A stretch of 45,189 nt of DNA from NCBI GenBank assembly GCA_038065455.1, contig JBBTQX010000005.1, positions 1 to 45,189 of the forward strand, read 5' to 3'. The position numbers were made by a program, and so were the translations under genes. Below are positions 16,304 through 26,136 of this stretch, one piece after another. The notes below the pieces were generated by a model. It was given only the letters and a program-made list of their open reading frames with translations, did no database searches and was not told where the DNA came from. Every line of letters starts with the position of its first letter. Position 1 is the stretch's first letter. The stretch comes from Patescibacteria group bacterium (lineage in GTDB: Bacteria; Patescibacteriota; Minisyncoccia; UBA6257; GWB1-50-10).

Positions 16304-16430
16304 TCAGGCAGTGAAAATGCGATTGCAAACTCCGTTTGAGCAAGAATCTTTCATTATTTCCAATGACCTTTTTGAATTTTTTCATGATTTTGATTTTTTT
16401 GTTTTATATAATCGCATTTCTACTGCCTGG
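16304..16430. mobile_element. MITE/ERIC-like family 1 element
   Basis: Same terminal repeats; core clearly homologous to 15092-15219; directly follows the rplN TAA. Confidence 0.82.
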
Positions 16431-16802
16431 TTAGACGAGTTCTTCGGCTAAGGACGCTATCGTGTCGTAGCCTCTTTCTTTTATCTCTCTCGGAATAGGG
16501 CCGAAGATGCGTGTCGCCTTCGGGTCCTTTTTATCCTTATCGATGATGACAACCGCATTTTCGTCGAAACGGACGTAAGTGCCATCCGCGCGATGGATGG
16601 CTTTCCGCTGGCGCACCACGAGCGCGTGGATAATGTCCTTTTTCTTTATCGGTTTCCGTGGCTCGGCCACCTGAACCGAAGCGATAATCACGTCCCCCAC
16701 TTCGGCATAGCGCCGGCGGCTCCCGCCAAGCACGCGGAAACACCGGACGATTTTGGCGCCGGAATTATCCGCAACTTTCAGTATGGAACGTTCTTGTATC
16801 AT
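16431..16802 (-). CDS. rplN: 50S ribosomal protein L14
   Basis: MIQ..S.LKVADNSGAK; RFDENA.V; TRIFGPI.RE. Confidence 0.99.
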   Translation of the reverse strand: MIQERSILKVADNSGAKIVRCFRVLGGSRRRYAEVGDVIIASVQVAEPRKPIKKKDIIHALVVRQRKAIHRADGTYVRFDENAVVIIDKDKKDPKATRIFGPIPREIKERGYDTIASLAEELV

Positions 16803-16803
16803 T

Positions 16804-17034
16804 TTATTTTATCTTTTCGACGATTTCCCAACGCTTATCCTTCGACATCGGGCGGATCTCCTTGATAATCACTTCGTCACCCAGCTTATATTCGTTCTTT
16901 TCGTCGTGGGCTTTGAAACGCGCGGTTACGCTGTAGCGCTTGCCGTAGCGCGGATGGACGACCAGGCGGGTGACGGCCACGACCCTGGTCTTCTGCATTT
17001 TATCGGAAACGATTTTACCTTTGAGTTTACGCAT
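16804..17034 (-). CDS. rpsQ: 30S ribosomal protein S17
   Basis: [12 protein letters not shown]; HP.YGK; AHDE.N; RP.SK.KRW. Confidence 0.98.
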   Translation of the reverse strand: MRKLKGKIVSDKMQKTRVVAVTRLVVHPRYGKRYSVTARFKAHDEKNEYKLGDEVIIKEIRPMSKDKRWEIVEKIK

Positions 17035-17221
17035 GTTGTTTCAATAAAGTTAATATTTGGGCGATGTTTTTCTTCAAATGGCGAATCTCGCGAATATTCT
17101 TCACCTTACCTGCGGCCAGGTCAAAACTCAAGCCTTCCAGCTTTTCGCGCTGTTCCCGAATCTCTTTTTGGAGCTCCGCCGACGGCTTTGTTTTGAAATT
17201 TTGAAGTTCTTTCTTTTTCAT
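17027..17221 (-). CDS. rpmC: 50S ribosomal protein L29
   Basis: Position between rplP and rpsQ; IR.LKK.IAQILT. Confidence 0.93.
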   Translation of the reverse strand: MKKKELQNFKTKPSAELQKEIREQREKLEGLSFDLAAGKVKNIREIRHLKKNIAQILTLLKQHA

Positions 17222-17225
17222 ATGT

Positions 17226-17642
17226 TTAGGCTTTTTCGATTACTTTGGTTTTAATCGGCAATTTGAACCCGGCGCTTCGCAGAGCCTTCATCGCCTCCTC
17301 TCTCGGAATGCCATCCACTTCGAAAAGAATTCTCCCGGGCTTGACCGGCACGACGTATCCTTCGATATTTCCTTTTCCGCCTCCCAATGTCACCTCGGGT
17401 GGAAGCTTCGTAACGGGTTTGTCGGGGAAAATCCTGATCCAAATCTTGCCGCCGCGTTTCAAGGCGTGCGTAATCGTCTTTCTCGCGGCTTCAATCTGTT
17501 TGCCGTTCACCCAAGCCGCCGAGCGGGCCTGAAGGCCGAAACGGCCGAAACTCAAATAAAGCCCGCGGGTTTCGACCATTCTCTTCCGAGAACGGCCCTT
17601 CTGCTGTTTGCGATGTTTTTGTTTTTTGGGTTGAAGAAACAT
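17226..17642 (-). CDS. rplP: 50S ribosomal protein L16
   Basis: PKK.KHRKQQKGR; QIEAARK; GKIWIRIFPDKPVT; GGGKG; KLP. Confidence 0.98.
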   Translation of the reverse strand: MFLQPKKQKHRKQQKGRSRKRMVETRGLYLSFGRFGLQARSAAWVNGKQIEAARKTITHALKRGGKIWIRIFPDKPVTKLPPEVTLGGGKGNIEGYVVPVKPGRILFEVDGIPREEAMKALRSAGFKLPIKTKVIEKA

Positions 17643-17652
17643 ACCAATTTTA

Positions 17653-17792
17653 TTTATGAGCGAAGCGAGTAATCATAAAATTGAGTACCCCGCACATAAA
17701 ATCAAACGAACGCCCTTTAACCATAAAACATAGGTATTCTAAATTCATTTCATTTTTATATATAATTGATTTCATAAATTTATGTGCGGGGT
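17653..17792. repeat. GCGAAGC hairpin plus family 2 element (17687-17792)
   Basis: tttatga-gcgaagcgagtaa-tcataaa, then accccgcacataaa..AT-rich..tttatgtgcggggt. Confidence 0.7.
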
Positions 17793-17809
17793 TTTCGAAA
17801 AACGAACAC

Positions 17810-18493
17810 TCACTTTTGTTCGTGTGGTTTTTCAGAAAAAATTTCGCCTTTATAGAGCCAGACTTTGATGCCAATCGTGCCGTAAGTGTTGAAAGCCGTC
17901 GCTTCGCCATAATCGATGAGCGAACGGAGCGTTTGGAGAGGCATTTTGCCTTTGGCCAGCCAATCCGTCCTCGCGATTTCGTTTCCATCCAAGCGGCCGC
18001 TCATCCGGATTTTTCCGCCCTTCACTTCGTGGTTTTGCATCAATCCTTCGAGCGTCCGTTTCATCAAGCGGCGGTAAGGCAAGCGTTTTTCGAGGTCGGT
18101 CGCGATTTGCTGGGCGATAATCGGAGCGGAAACTTCGAAGCGCTTCAGCTCCTCGATATTCAGACTCAAATTGAAATTAGCCGGAAAAGCGTTCTTTACC
18201 CGAAGTACCTGGATTTTTTTCACTATCAGATTTTTGAGATCTTCTATTCCTTTTCCGCCGCGGCCGATTACGAGTCCCGGCCGGCCGGCGCGCACGAGCA
18301 CCCGGACGTTCGTTCCTGTCCGCTCGATTTCAATCGCGGCAATGCCGGCGGCGAGGATTTTTTCGCGGATAATCTTCCGGATGGTCTCATCCTCCTCAAG
18401 AAGGAACTTAAGGCTCTTTTTGAAGAACCAACGGCTGGACCAGGCCAGATTGATGCCCAAGCGATACGAATTTGGATTTATTTTTTGTGCCAT
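17810..18493 (-). CDS. rpsC: 30S ribosomal protein S3
   Basis: KINP...RLGI; RPGLVIGRGG; SGRLDGNEIAR; PLQTLR..IDY; YG.IGIKVW. Confidence 0.98.
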   Translation of the reverse strand: MAQKINPNSYRLGINLAWSSRWFFKKSLKFLLEEDETIRKIIREKILAAGIAAIEIERTGTNVRVLVRAGRPGLVIGRGGKGIEDLKNLIVKKIQVLRVKNAFPANFNLSLNIEELKRFEVSAPIIAQQIATDLEKRLPYRRLMKRTLEGLMQNHEVKGGKIRMSGRLDGNEIARTDWLAKGKMPLQTLRSLIDYGEATAFNTYGTIGIKVWLYKGEIFSEKPHEQK

Positions 18494-18497
18494 ATGT

Positions 18498-19040
18498 TTA
18501 GATTGATTTTCTCTGAAACATCTTCTTGAATAATCCGGATTTCGCCGATGCTTTCACTTCCGCTTTCGCGGTTTCTTTTTCTTTCGGTTTTTCGGGCGCG
18601 GACTTGCTCTCGGAATCTTCCGCTTTTTCGTGTTTGTGTTTTTTGGTTTCGTCCTTCTTTTCCTTCTTCTTGATTTCAATCGTGAAACGCGGCGCTTTGC
18701 CGTTGGGCAAAAGTCCCAGAATCAAAGTAACGTGCGAAGTTTTCTTTTCGATTAAGCTCGCCGAACCGCGCGAACGGGGCGTCCAGCGCTTGGACTTCGG
18801 CCCTTGGTCAACCCGGATTTCCTTGATGAATAGCTTCGAAACATCCAGCTTGAAATTATTTTTGGCATCGGCCGCGGCGGAACGCAGAAGCTTAATAAGC
18901 GCTTCTTTGGGGCGGCGGGGGCTCATCATGAGCTTCGCTTCCGCTTCCTGGAGCGGTAAGCCCCGGATAACATCGGCCAAAATCCGCACCTTTCGAGGCG
19001 GTATCTTCAAATGATTCAATTTGACTTTGATCTGTTCCAT
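18498..19040 (-). CDS. rplV: 50S ribosomal protein L22 with charged C-terminal extension
   Basis: PRKVR..AD.IRG; KLL.SA.A.A..N; VDQGP..KR..PR.RG; TSHVT. Start MEQIKV. Confidence 0.96.
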   Translation of the reverse strand: MEQIKVKLNHLKIPPRKVRILADVIRGLPLQEAEAKLMMSPRRPKEALIKLLRSAAADAKNNFKLDVSKLFIKEIRVDQGPKSKRWTPRSRGSASLIEKKTSHVTLILGLLPNGKAPRFTIEIKKKEKKDETKKHKHEKAEDSESKSAPEKPKEKETAKAEVKASAKSGLFKKMFQRKSI

Positions 19041-19044
19041 ATTT

Positions 19045-19359
19045 TTATTTCGCCGGAGCCGGCTTAGCCGCTTCCTCGGCTTTCTTTTCGGTTTCTTTTT
19101 GAATTTTGCCACCGTGCTTAATGAATTTCCTGGTCGGCGAAAACTCTCCGAGCCGGTGGCCCACCATATCCTCGCCCACTCTGACTTCGATGAAATTCTT
19201 GCCGTTGTGGACGCCGAAAATGAACCCGACCATTTCGGGCGAAATCTCGGAACTGCGCGACCAGGTCTTAATGACCGTGCCGTCGCCGGACTTGAGGCGT
19301 GCCATCTTTTTGATGAGCTTGGGATCTACCCAAGGCCCTTTTTTTGTTGAACGGCTCAT
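19045..19359 (-). CDS. rpsS: 30S ribosomal protein S19
   Basis: MSRS.KKGP; IKTWSR.S.I.P.MVG; VHNGK; [13 protein letters not shown]. Confidence 0.99.
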   Translation of the reverse strand: MSRSTKKGPWVDPKLIKKMARLKSGDGTVIKTWSRSSEISPEMVGFIFGVHNGKNFIEVRVGEDMVGHRLGEFSPTRKFIKHGGKIQKETEKKAEEAAKPAPAK

Positions 19360-19360
19360 A

Positions 19361-20191
19361 TTATTTTTTGATGCGTCGCTTGATTATCATTTTGTTTGAC
19401 CATTTCTTTTTCGAACGGGTCTTATGGCCGCCTGTAATCTTACCCCATTTCGTCTTGGGTTTCCTAGTGCCGCGCGGCTGGCGACCTTCGCCGCCGCCAT
19501 AAGGATGATCGCGCGGATTCATAACGGAACCGCGAACGGTCGGACGGATATTCAGCCATCTGGAACGCCCGGCTTTGCCGATTGAAACCAAATTGTGTTC
19601 CGGATTGGAAACTTGGCCAATGGAAGCAAAGCTGTCCCAGGATACCCGGCGGGTTTCGCCCGAAGGCATCTTGAGGTCGGTATAGCCGTCTTCGTGGGCC
19701 AGTATCTGAACGGAAGCGCCGGCGGAGCGGCCGAGCTGACCGCCCTTACCCGGCATGATTTCTATATTATGAACGAAAGTACCCACCGGAATTCTTTTTA
19801 AAATGGTGCGGTTGCCGAGTTCGAGCGGAGCGTCAAGCGAAGTGATGATTTTCGCTCCGACTTCCAGTTTGTGCGGCGCGAGCAGATAACGGCGATCGCC
19901 GTCGGCATAAATCACTTTCGCGATGAAAGCGGTGCGGTAAGGATCATACTCGATGGTTTCCACCTTGCACGGCACGCCTTTCTTTTCCTGCAGGAAGTCC
20001 ACATGGCGGTAGATTATTTTGTTGCCGCCGCCCTGGTGGCGCATCGAGATGCGGCCCTGATTGTTCCGGCCGGCGTTTTTCTTCAGTCGCTTCGTGAGCG
20101 CTTTTTCGCGCGGAATTTTCGTCAGCGTCGAGTAATCGGCGGCGGTCATCGAGCGGCGGGAATGGGTATATGGCTTGAATTTCTTTATCAT
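19361..20191 (-). CDS. rplB: 50S ribosomal protein L2
   Basis: GRNNQGRI; IEYDP.RTA; [24 protein letters not shown]. Confidence 0.99.
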   Translation of the reverse strand: MIKKFKPYTHSRRSMTAADYSTLTKIPREKALTKRLKKNAGRNNQGRISMRHQGGGNKIIYRHVDFLQEKKGVPCKVETIEYDPYRTAFIAKVIYADGDRRYLLAPHKLEVGAKIITSLDAPLELGNRTILKRIPVGTFVHNIEIMPGKGGQLGRSAGASVQILAHEDGYTDLKMPSGETRRVSWDSFASIGQVSNPEHNLVSIGKAGRSRWLNIRPTVRGSVMNPRDHPYGGGEGRQPRGTRKPKTKWGKITGGHKTRSKKKWSNKMIIKRRIKK

Positions 20192-20195
20192 GGCT

Positions 20196-20579
20196 TTATT
20201 GGATTTCTATCTTATCCCCCGCTTTAAGAGTGACAATCGCCTTTTTGATGCCCGTCTGGAGGCTCGATTTGCGGCCGAAGTGCTTCATCTTTCCCTTGAT
20301 GGTCACTGTATTCACGCCCGTCACCTTCACGCCGTAGCGGCGCTCTATTTCTTCCCGCACGGCGGGCTTGGTCGCCGTCGGTTCCACAAGAAATACATAT
20401 TGTCCCCGAGCCGCGAGAATGGTCGCCCGTTCGCTGAACCAAGGCTGCTTCAAAACCGATTTAACGCCCATGCCCGTTGTTCCGGTTTTCATCGGCGCAA
20501 CTTTCACCGGCTCGGCTTTAGAAACCGATTGCACAGTTTTCTTTTCTTCAATTTTGGTTTTTTTGGAAAAAAGACTCAT
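20196..20579 (-). CDS. rplW: 50S ribosomal protein L23
   Basis: Y.F.V...ATK..V...IE..Y.VKV..VNT; KKAIVTL..G..I; N-terminal extension. Confidence 0.95.
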   Translation of the reverse strand: MSLFSKKTKIEEKKTVQSVSKAEPVKVAPMKTGTTGMGVKSVLKQPWFSERATILAARGQYVFLVEPTATKPAVREEIERRYGVKVTGVNTVTIKGKMKHFGRKSSLQTGIKKAIVTLKAGDKIEIQ

Positions 20580-20589
20580 AGGTTTGAAA

Positions 20590-21219
20590 TTATTTCTCGT
20601 ACTGGCCGATAAATTCCAGAATAGCTTCCTTTTCGAAAAGGATTTTCTTATGATTCAGGGAATCGGCGACATTCATCGAATTAGAAGAAAGCACTTTTAA
20701 TTTGGGGATATTCCGGGCAGCCAGCTTCATATTCCGATTATTCTTAGCCGGAATAATAATGACACTTGGAGAAGCTTTGAAAAGCTTTTTGAAAATCGCC
20801 GCGGCGGTCTTAGTCTTGGGATTCTCGATTTTTAGGGAATCGATTATTTTAAAATCGTCTTCTTTCAGCTTCCGCGAAAGCAAAGAAAAAAGAGCGGCTT
20901 GCTTCATTTTTTTGCTGATTTTTTTCGTATAATCCCTGTCTTTCCGAGGACCGAAAGTGACGCCGCCGCCGGACCACAAAGGCGAACGGATCGAGCTGTG
21001 CCGCGAACGGCCGGTGTGCTTCTGAGCCCAAGGCTTCTTGCCGCCGCCACGCACTTCGCTGCGGTTCTTGGTGTGCGCCCAAGGATGATGCTTATTCGAA
21101 GTCTGGATATCGAAAGCCTGCTTCACGAGCTCGGCATTCCACTTCGCGCCGAAAATCCGCTCCGGCAGCGTGAGTATTTCAACTTTCTTATTATCTTTGT
21201 CGAAAATATCAACTTTCAT
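20590..21219 (-). CDS. rplD: 50S ribosomal protein L4
   Basis: TK.RSEVRGGGKKPW.QK.TGR.R..SIRSPLW.GGG..FGP. Confidence 0.98.
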   Translation of the reverse strand: MKVDIFDKDNKKVEILTLPERIFGAKWNAELVKQAFDIQTSNKHHPWAHTKNRSEVRGGGKKPWAQKHTGRSRHSSIRSPLWSGGGVTFGPRKDRDYTKKISKKMKQAALFSLLSRKLKEDDFKIIDSLKIENPKTKTAAAIFKKLFKASPSVIIIPAKNNRNMKLAARNIPKLKVLSSNSMNVADSLNHKKILFEKEAILEFIGQYEK

Positions 21220-21223
21220 TTTA

Positions 21224-21646
21224 TTATTTCCTCAGTTCAACCGTTCCGCCGGCGAAGCCGGGTACGGCGCCTTTCAAAAAGACCACCATTCCTTCTTTTT
21301 CGATGCCCGCCACCGTGAGATTCCGAACGGTCATCTTCACGTTTCCCATATGGCCTCCCATCCGGCGACCCTTAATAGTCCTCTGGGGCGCAGTCGGACC
21401 GTTGGAACCCGGAGCCCGAAGGCGGTCTTTCTGGCCGTGGCTCTTCGGACCGCCGTGAAAGCGGTAACGTTTGACCACACCTTGAAAACCCCGGCCCCTC
21501 GTCTTGCCCGTCACCTTGACCTTATCCCCCTCTTTCAATTCGTCAATCGGAGCGCCCGCATTCAAGCGGATAGCCGTAACCGGAACCGATATTTCGGATT
21601 TCCAGAGCTGGGTCATTTTCATTTTTTTTCCGGTCAATTTCGTCAT
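21224..21646 (-). CDS. rplC: 50S ribosomal protein L3 (short form)
   Basis: G.K..MTQ; VTG.T.G.GFQGVVKR..F.GG..SHG...R.PGS.G; KG..M.GHMG; KGAVPG. Confidence 0.96.
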   Translation of the reverse strand: MTKLTGKKMKMTQLWKSEISVPVTAIRLNAGAPIDELKEGDKVKVTGKTRGRGFQGVVKRYRFHGGPKSHGQKDRLRAPGSNGPTAPQRTIKGRRMGGHMGNVKMTVRNLTVAGIEKEGMVVFLKGAVPGFAGGTVELRK

Positions 21647-21671
21647 ATTTTTTCTTAATTTGGTTTGGGCT

Positions 21672-21750
21672 CAAAAAAACGGCCGAGACTTCGCCGGTCG
21701 TTTTTTTTGGCTACTTGTCTCGCAGGGAATGTCCAAATCGGATTCTCCTG
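21672..21750 (-). promoter_or_regulatory. Two-hairpin intercistronic element including a terminator-like stem between rpsJ and rplC
   Basis: Minus strand: caggagaat...attccctg, then aaaaaaaacgaccg..cggccgttttttt. Confidence 0.45.
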
Positions 21751-21772
21751 TCTTTTTGTATTTGAACCTATA

Positions 21773-22102
21773 CTACATCATCTTTATTTCGACGTCAATG
21801 CCTGAAGGCAAATTCAAATCGGTCAAAGACTCGATGATTTTTTGCTGGGGATTCAAAATATCCACCAGCCGCTTGTGTACCCGAAGCTCGAATTGCTCGC
21901 GGGATTTCTTGTGGACGAAGGTGGAGCGGTTCACCGTGTAGCGCTTGAACTCCGTAGGAAGCGGAATCGGGCCCATCACCTCGCCGCCTTGGCGCTTGAT
22001 AGCCTCGATAATCTGCTTCACGGAATTATCAATCAGCTTGGTGTCGTACGCTTTCACCTTTATCCGCAATTTTTCTTTTTGAATTTGCTCTTCCTTTTTC
22101 AT
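21773..22102 (-). CDS. rpsJ: 30S ribosomal protein S10
   Basis: RIK.KAYD..LID; GPIPLPT; V.RS..VHKKSREQFE.R.HKRL.DI; LP.G.DVEIK. Confidence 0.99.
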   Translation of the reverse strand: MKKEEQIQKEKLRIKVKAYDTKLIDNSVKQIIEAIKRQGGEVMGPIPLPTEFKRYTVNRSTFVHKKSREQFELRVHKRLVDILNPQQKIIESLTDLNLPSGIDVEIKMM

Positions 22103-22120
22103 GACCTATTTGGTCTTTAT

Positions 22121-23320
22121 TTATTTGATTATTTTGGTAACTACTCCTGCACCGACCGTTTTTCCGCCTTCTCTTATAGCGAAACGCTGTTTCTCTTCCA
22201 ACGCAACCGGAGCAATGAGCTTCACCGTAAAGGTAACCGTATCACCCGGCATAACCATTTCAACACCTTCTGCGAGCGTTACCTCGCCGGTCACGTCCGT
22301 CGTTCTGATATAGAACTGGGGCTTGTAGCCGGTAAAGAACGGGGTATGCCGTCCGCCTTCCTCTTTGCTCAAAATGAGCACTTCGGCGGTGAATTCGGTG
22401 TGCGGCGTCACGCTACCAGGCTTCGCGATGACTTGGCCGCGCTCCACATCCTCCTTCTTGAGGCTCCGGAGCAAAATGCCCACGTTGTCGCCTGCCTGAA
22501 CTTCATCGAGCAATTTCTGGAACATTTCGATTCCAGTCACAACCGTCTTCACGGTCGGGCGTAAACCAATGATTTCCACTTCATCGTTTACTTTAAGGAC
22601 TCCCCGCTCGGCGCGACCCGTCACGACGGTTCCGCGGCCTTCGATGGAGAAGATGTCTTCGATCGGCATCAGGAACGGCTTATCGGTCTCGCGAATCGGA
22701 GTCGGAATATAATCATCGAGCGCTTTCACGAGTTCCATAATCGGCTTGGCGTCTTCGCTGTCGGCCGAGGTGGAATTCAAAGCCTTCAAAGCGGAACCGC
22801 GGATAATCGGGGTTTCGTCGCCCGGGAAGTTGTATTTCTTGAGCAATTCCCGAATTTCGGACTCCACGAGGTTCACGAGCTCCGGATCATCCACCATATC
22901 CGTCTTGTTCAAAAAGACGATAATGGAAGGCACGCCGACCTGGCGGGCCAAAAGAATATGCTCGCGGGTCTGAGGCATCGGGCCGTCTGCGGCGGACACG
23001 ACCAAAATCGCTCCGTCCATCTGGGCGGCGCCGGTAATCATGTTCTTGATATAATCCGCGTGGCCGGGCGCATCAATGTGCGCGTAGTGGCGTTTTTCGG
23101 ACTCGTATTCCGAATGATGTAAAGCAATCGTAATGCCGCGAGCTTTTTCTTCCGGAGCATTATCAATTTGATCGACCTTCTCTTCCTTCTTGGCCCAGCC
23201 CTTCATATAAAGGACGTGCGTGATGGCCGCGGTCAAAGTGGTTTTGCCGTGGTCAACGTGGCCGATGGTCCCCACATTCACGTGAGGCTTATTCCGCTGA
23301 AATTTCTCTTTTTCTGCCAT
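22121..23320 (-). CDS. tuf: Elongation factor Tu
   Basis: [47 protein letters not shown]. Confidence 0.99.
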   Translation of the reverse strand: MAEKEKFQRNKPHVNVGTIGHVDHGKTTLTAAITHVLYMKGWAKKEEKVDQIDNAPEEKARGITIALHHSEYESEKRHYAHIDAPGHADYIKNMITGAAQMDGAILVVSAADGPMPQTREHILLARQVGVPSIIVFLNKTDMVDDPELVNLVESEIRELLKKYNFPGDETPIIRGSALKALNSTSADSEDAKPIMELVKALDDYIPTPIRETDKPFLMPIEDIFSIEGRGTVVTGRAERGVLKVNDEVEIIGLRPTVKTVVTGIEMFQKLLDEVQAGDNVGILLRSLKKEDVERGQVIAKPGSVTPHTEFTAEVLILSKEEGGRHTPFFTGYKPQFYIRTTDVTGEVTLAEGVEMVMPGDTVTFTVKLIAPVALEEKQRFAIREGGKTVGAGVVTKIIK

Positions 23321-23444
23321 GTTTTTGTTTTATTTTTTATTAGTTTCGACCTAACAATACTTAAAAAGCGACTTTCGCGCCAATGTAATAATAATTCTCG
23401 GCGATTAGCCCCAAAATGTCAACACCCCCCGTAAAAGAATGGGA

Positions 23445-25550
23445 TTATTTCTTCTTTCCTTCAATAATCAATTGGGCGATATTCCCCGGCACTTCTTCGT
23501 AGTGGGAAAATTCCATAGTGAAAGAACCGCGGCCTTGGGTCATCGAGCGGAGATTGGTGGAGTAGCCGAACATTTCCGAAAGCGGTATGTTCGCATCGAT
23601 AACGCGGATAGTGCCCCGCTCGCCCATCGCTTTGATTTTGCCGCGCTTCGAGCTCAAGTCGCCCGTCACATCGCCCAAGAAATCCGGCGGAGCGATAACC
23701 TGCACGTTCATTATCGGTTCGAGCAAGACGAGCTTCGCCTGACGGCAGGCCTCCTGAAGAGCCATCGAGCCGGCGATTTTGAAGGCAAATTCCGAAGAGT
23801 CCACATCGTGGTAAGAGCCGTCGAAGACGGTAACCTGCAAATCGACGAGCGGATAGCCCGCCAAGATACCTTTCTGAGCCGCCTCGGTTACACCCTTCTC
23901 GACGGGTGCGATAAATTCCTGCGGAATGGCGCCGCCCTTAATCTCCTCCACGAATTCGAAGCCTTTGCCACGTTCAAGCGGTTCAACTCGGAGCCAAACG
24001 TGGCCGTATTGACCACGACCGCCGGACTGGCGGATATATTTACCTTCGGCCTCGGCTTTACCCTTTATGGTTTCTTTATAAGCCACTTGAGGCCGGCCGG
24101 TATTCGCTTCCACGGTGAATTCCCGTTTCATCCGTTCCACGAGAATTTCCAAATGCAATTCGCCCATGCCCGAAATAATGGTCTCGCCGGAATCCGGGTC
24201 GCCAGAGACGCGGAAAGTCGGGTCTTCTTCGGTCAAGCGATGCAAAGCAATACCCATTTTTTCCTGGTCGGCTTTCGTTTTCGGTTCAATACGCATGGAG
24301 ATGACCGGTTCGGGGAAAATAATCCTTTCGAGAAGAATCGGATGTTCCGGATCGGTCAAAGTATCGCCGGTCGTCGTGTTCTTCAATCCGACGATGGCGC
24401 CCAAATCGCCCGCATAAATCTCATCCACTTCCTCGCGGTGGTTGGCGTGCATCCGCACGATGCGGCCGATGCGCTCCTGATTATTTTTGGCCGCGTTCAA
24501 AACATAACTGCCACGCTTCATCGTTCCCGAATAAACGCGGAAATATGTGAGACTGCCGACGAACGGGTCCGCCGCGATTTTGAAAGCAAGGGCCGCGAGT
24601 GGCTCATCATCTTTCGGATGGCGCTCCAGCTCCTCGTGCGTTTCTAAATCTAATCCCTTAGTCGCAGGCATATCCGCGGGAGAAGGCAGATAATCCACAA
24701 CGCCGTCCAATACCAGTTGGACGCCTTTATTTTTCAAAGCCGAACCGCAGAAAACCGGCACGAGCGTGTTATCAATCGTGGCTTTCCTCAAAACTCTTTT
24801 TATGTCGGCTATTTCGGGTTCCTTGCCTTCGAGATACGCCGCCATCAAAATGTCATCTTTCTCCACTACTTTTTCTATCAGCGTATGGCGCGCTTTTTTC
24901 GCTTCATCCGCCATATTCGCCGGAATTTCGCCTTCAATGATATTTTCACCATGCTCCCCTTCGAAGCGGAATGATTTCATCCGCAAAAGGTCTACCACAC
25001 CTTCGAAATTATTTTCCAAGCCGATGGGAAGCTGAATGGGAACGGCGTTCGGCGTCAGCCGTTCAATAATAGAACCAAAACTTTTATCGAAACTCGCGCC
25101 CGTCCGGTCAAGCTTATTAATGAAGCAGATGCGAGGCACCATATATTCGTCGGCATAGTGCCAATTGGTTTCGGATTGCGGTTCCACGCCCGCCACACCA
25201 TCGAAAACGACGACCGCGCCATCCAAAACGCGCATCGAGCGCTTAACTTCCACAGTGAAATCAATGTGGCCAGGCGTATCGATGATATTCATCCGGTACT
25301 CCATATTCTTGTCCCCTTTCGCGTAGGTCGGCGTCCAGAAACAAGTGGTGGCGGCCGAAGTGATGGTAATGCCGCGCTCGCGCTCCTGCTCCATCCAATC
25401 CATTACGGTATCGCCCTCGTGCACCTCGCCGATTTTATGGGCGACGCCGGTATAGAAAAGAATGCGCTCGGAGGTCGTAGTTTTACCCGCGTCGATATGC
25501 GCAACCACGCCGATATCCCTCGTTTTTTCAATTGGGTATTGTCTTGGCAT
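23445..25550 (-). CDS. fusA: Elongation factor G
   Basis: [49 protein letters not shown]. Confidence 0.99.
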   Translation of the reverse strand: MPRQYPIEKTRDIGVVAHIDAGKTTTSERILFYTGVAHKIGEVHEGDTVMDWMEQERERGITITSAATTCFWTPTYAKGDKNMEYRMNIIDTPGHIDFTVEVKRSMRVLDGAVVVFDGVAGVEPQSETNWHYADEYMVPRICFINKLDRTGASFDKSFGSIIERLTPNAVPIQLPIGLENNFEGVVDLLRMKSFRFEGEHGENIIEGEIPANMADEAKKARHTLIEKVVEKDDILMAAYLEGKEPEIADIKRVLRKATIDNTLVPVFCGSALKNKGVQLVLDGVVDYLPSPADMPATKGLDLETHEELERHPKDDEPLAALAFKIAADPFVGSLTYFRVYSGTMKRGSYVLNAAKNNQERIGRIVRMHANHREEVDEIYAGDLGAIVGLKNTTTGDTLTDPEHPILLERIIFPEPVISMRIEPKTKADQEKMGIALHRLTEEDPTFRVSGDPDSGETIISGMGELHLEILVERMKREFTVEANTGRPQVAYKETIKGKAEAEGKYIRQSGGRGQYGHVWLRVEPLERGKGFEFVEEIKGGAIPQEFIAPVEKGVTEAAQKGILAGYPLVDLQVTVFDGSYHDVDSSEFAFKIAGSMALQEACRQAKLVLLEPIMNVQVIAPPDFLGDVTGDLSSKRGKIKAMGERGTIRVIDANIPLSEMFGYSTNLRSMTQGRGSFTMEFSHYEEVPGNIAQLIIEGKKK

Positions 25551-25553
25551 GCC

Positions 25554-25652
25554 TTAGAATTTTTAATTATTAATTTTTGAATTTTTAAACAATATTTAAA
25601 TTCAAACTTTAAAAATTAAGATTTATTTATAAAATTAAAAATTATAAAATTC
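25554..25652. repeat. Very AT-rich degenerate short-period repeat tract
   Basis: gaattttt aattatt aattttt gaattttt ... aaaattaaaaattataaaatt; the two halves are roughly inverted. Confidence 0.55.
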
Positions 25653-25654
25653 GA

Positions 25655-26125
25655 CTAATTTCTTATGTAGCTCGCGAAAGCGCGGTTTGCCTCAGCCATT
25701 CTGTGCGTATCCAGCTTCTTCTTGATAGCCGAGCCCTCGTTCTTCGAAGCCAGCATCAGTTCTTCCGCGAGTTTGTCCGACATCGGCTTGCCTTTCTTGG
25801 CGCGGGCCGCGGCGATTATCCAATGGGTCGCGAGGAAAAACTTCCGTTCGGGGCGCACCTCGCGCGGAATCTGGTAATTGGCGCCGCCGATACGGCGAGA
25901 AGCCACCTCGAGCAAAGGCGTCGCGTTCTCGAGCGCTTTGTCGAAAACTTTGACCGGGTCTTCTTTGGTTTCTTTTTCAATCTTCGCCATCGCGTCGTGG
26001 AAGACTTTTTCGGCGACGCTTTTCTTGCCGCCAGTCATCAAATAGTTGACAAAGCGTTCAATATCAACGCGGCCGTACTTGCTGTCGGCCTTGTGTTCGT
26101 TTTTTTTGAATCCTTTTCTTCTCAT
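25655..26125 (-). CDS. rpsG: 30S ribosomal protein S7
   Basis: D.KY; GKKS.AE; P.LEV.SRRIGGANYQIP.EV; HRMAEANRAF. Confidence 0.99.
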   Translation of the reverse strand: MRRKGFKKNEHKADSKYGRVDIERFVNYLMTGGKKSVAEKVFHDAMAKIEKETKEDPVKVFDKALENATPLLEVASRRIGGANYQIPREVRPERKFFLATHWIIAAARAKKGKPMSDKLAEELMLASKNEGSAIKKKLDTHRMAEANRAFASYIRN

Positions 26126-26136
26126 AGTATTTGAAA

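Noticed and set aside
5071-17792. CRISPR array or integron attC interpretation of the dispersed repeats
   Set aside because: The repeats are inverted and dispersed, not regularly spaced direct repeats; there are no cas genes, integrase or RYYYAAC/GTTRRRY boxes, and the flanking genes are core genes.
23439-24647. Long antisense ORFs opposite fusA (also opposite dnaG, rlmB, secY, tuf)
   Set aside because: Shadow frames of conserved genes caused by codon bias.
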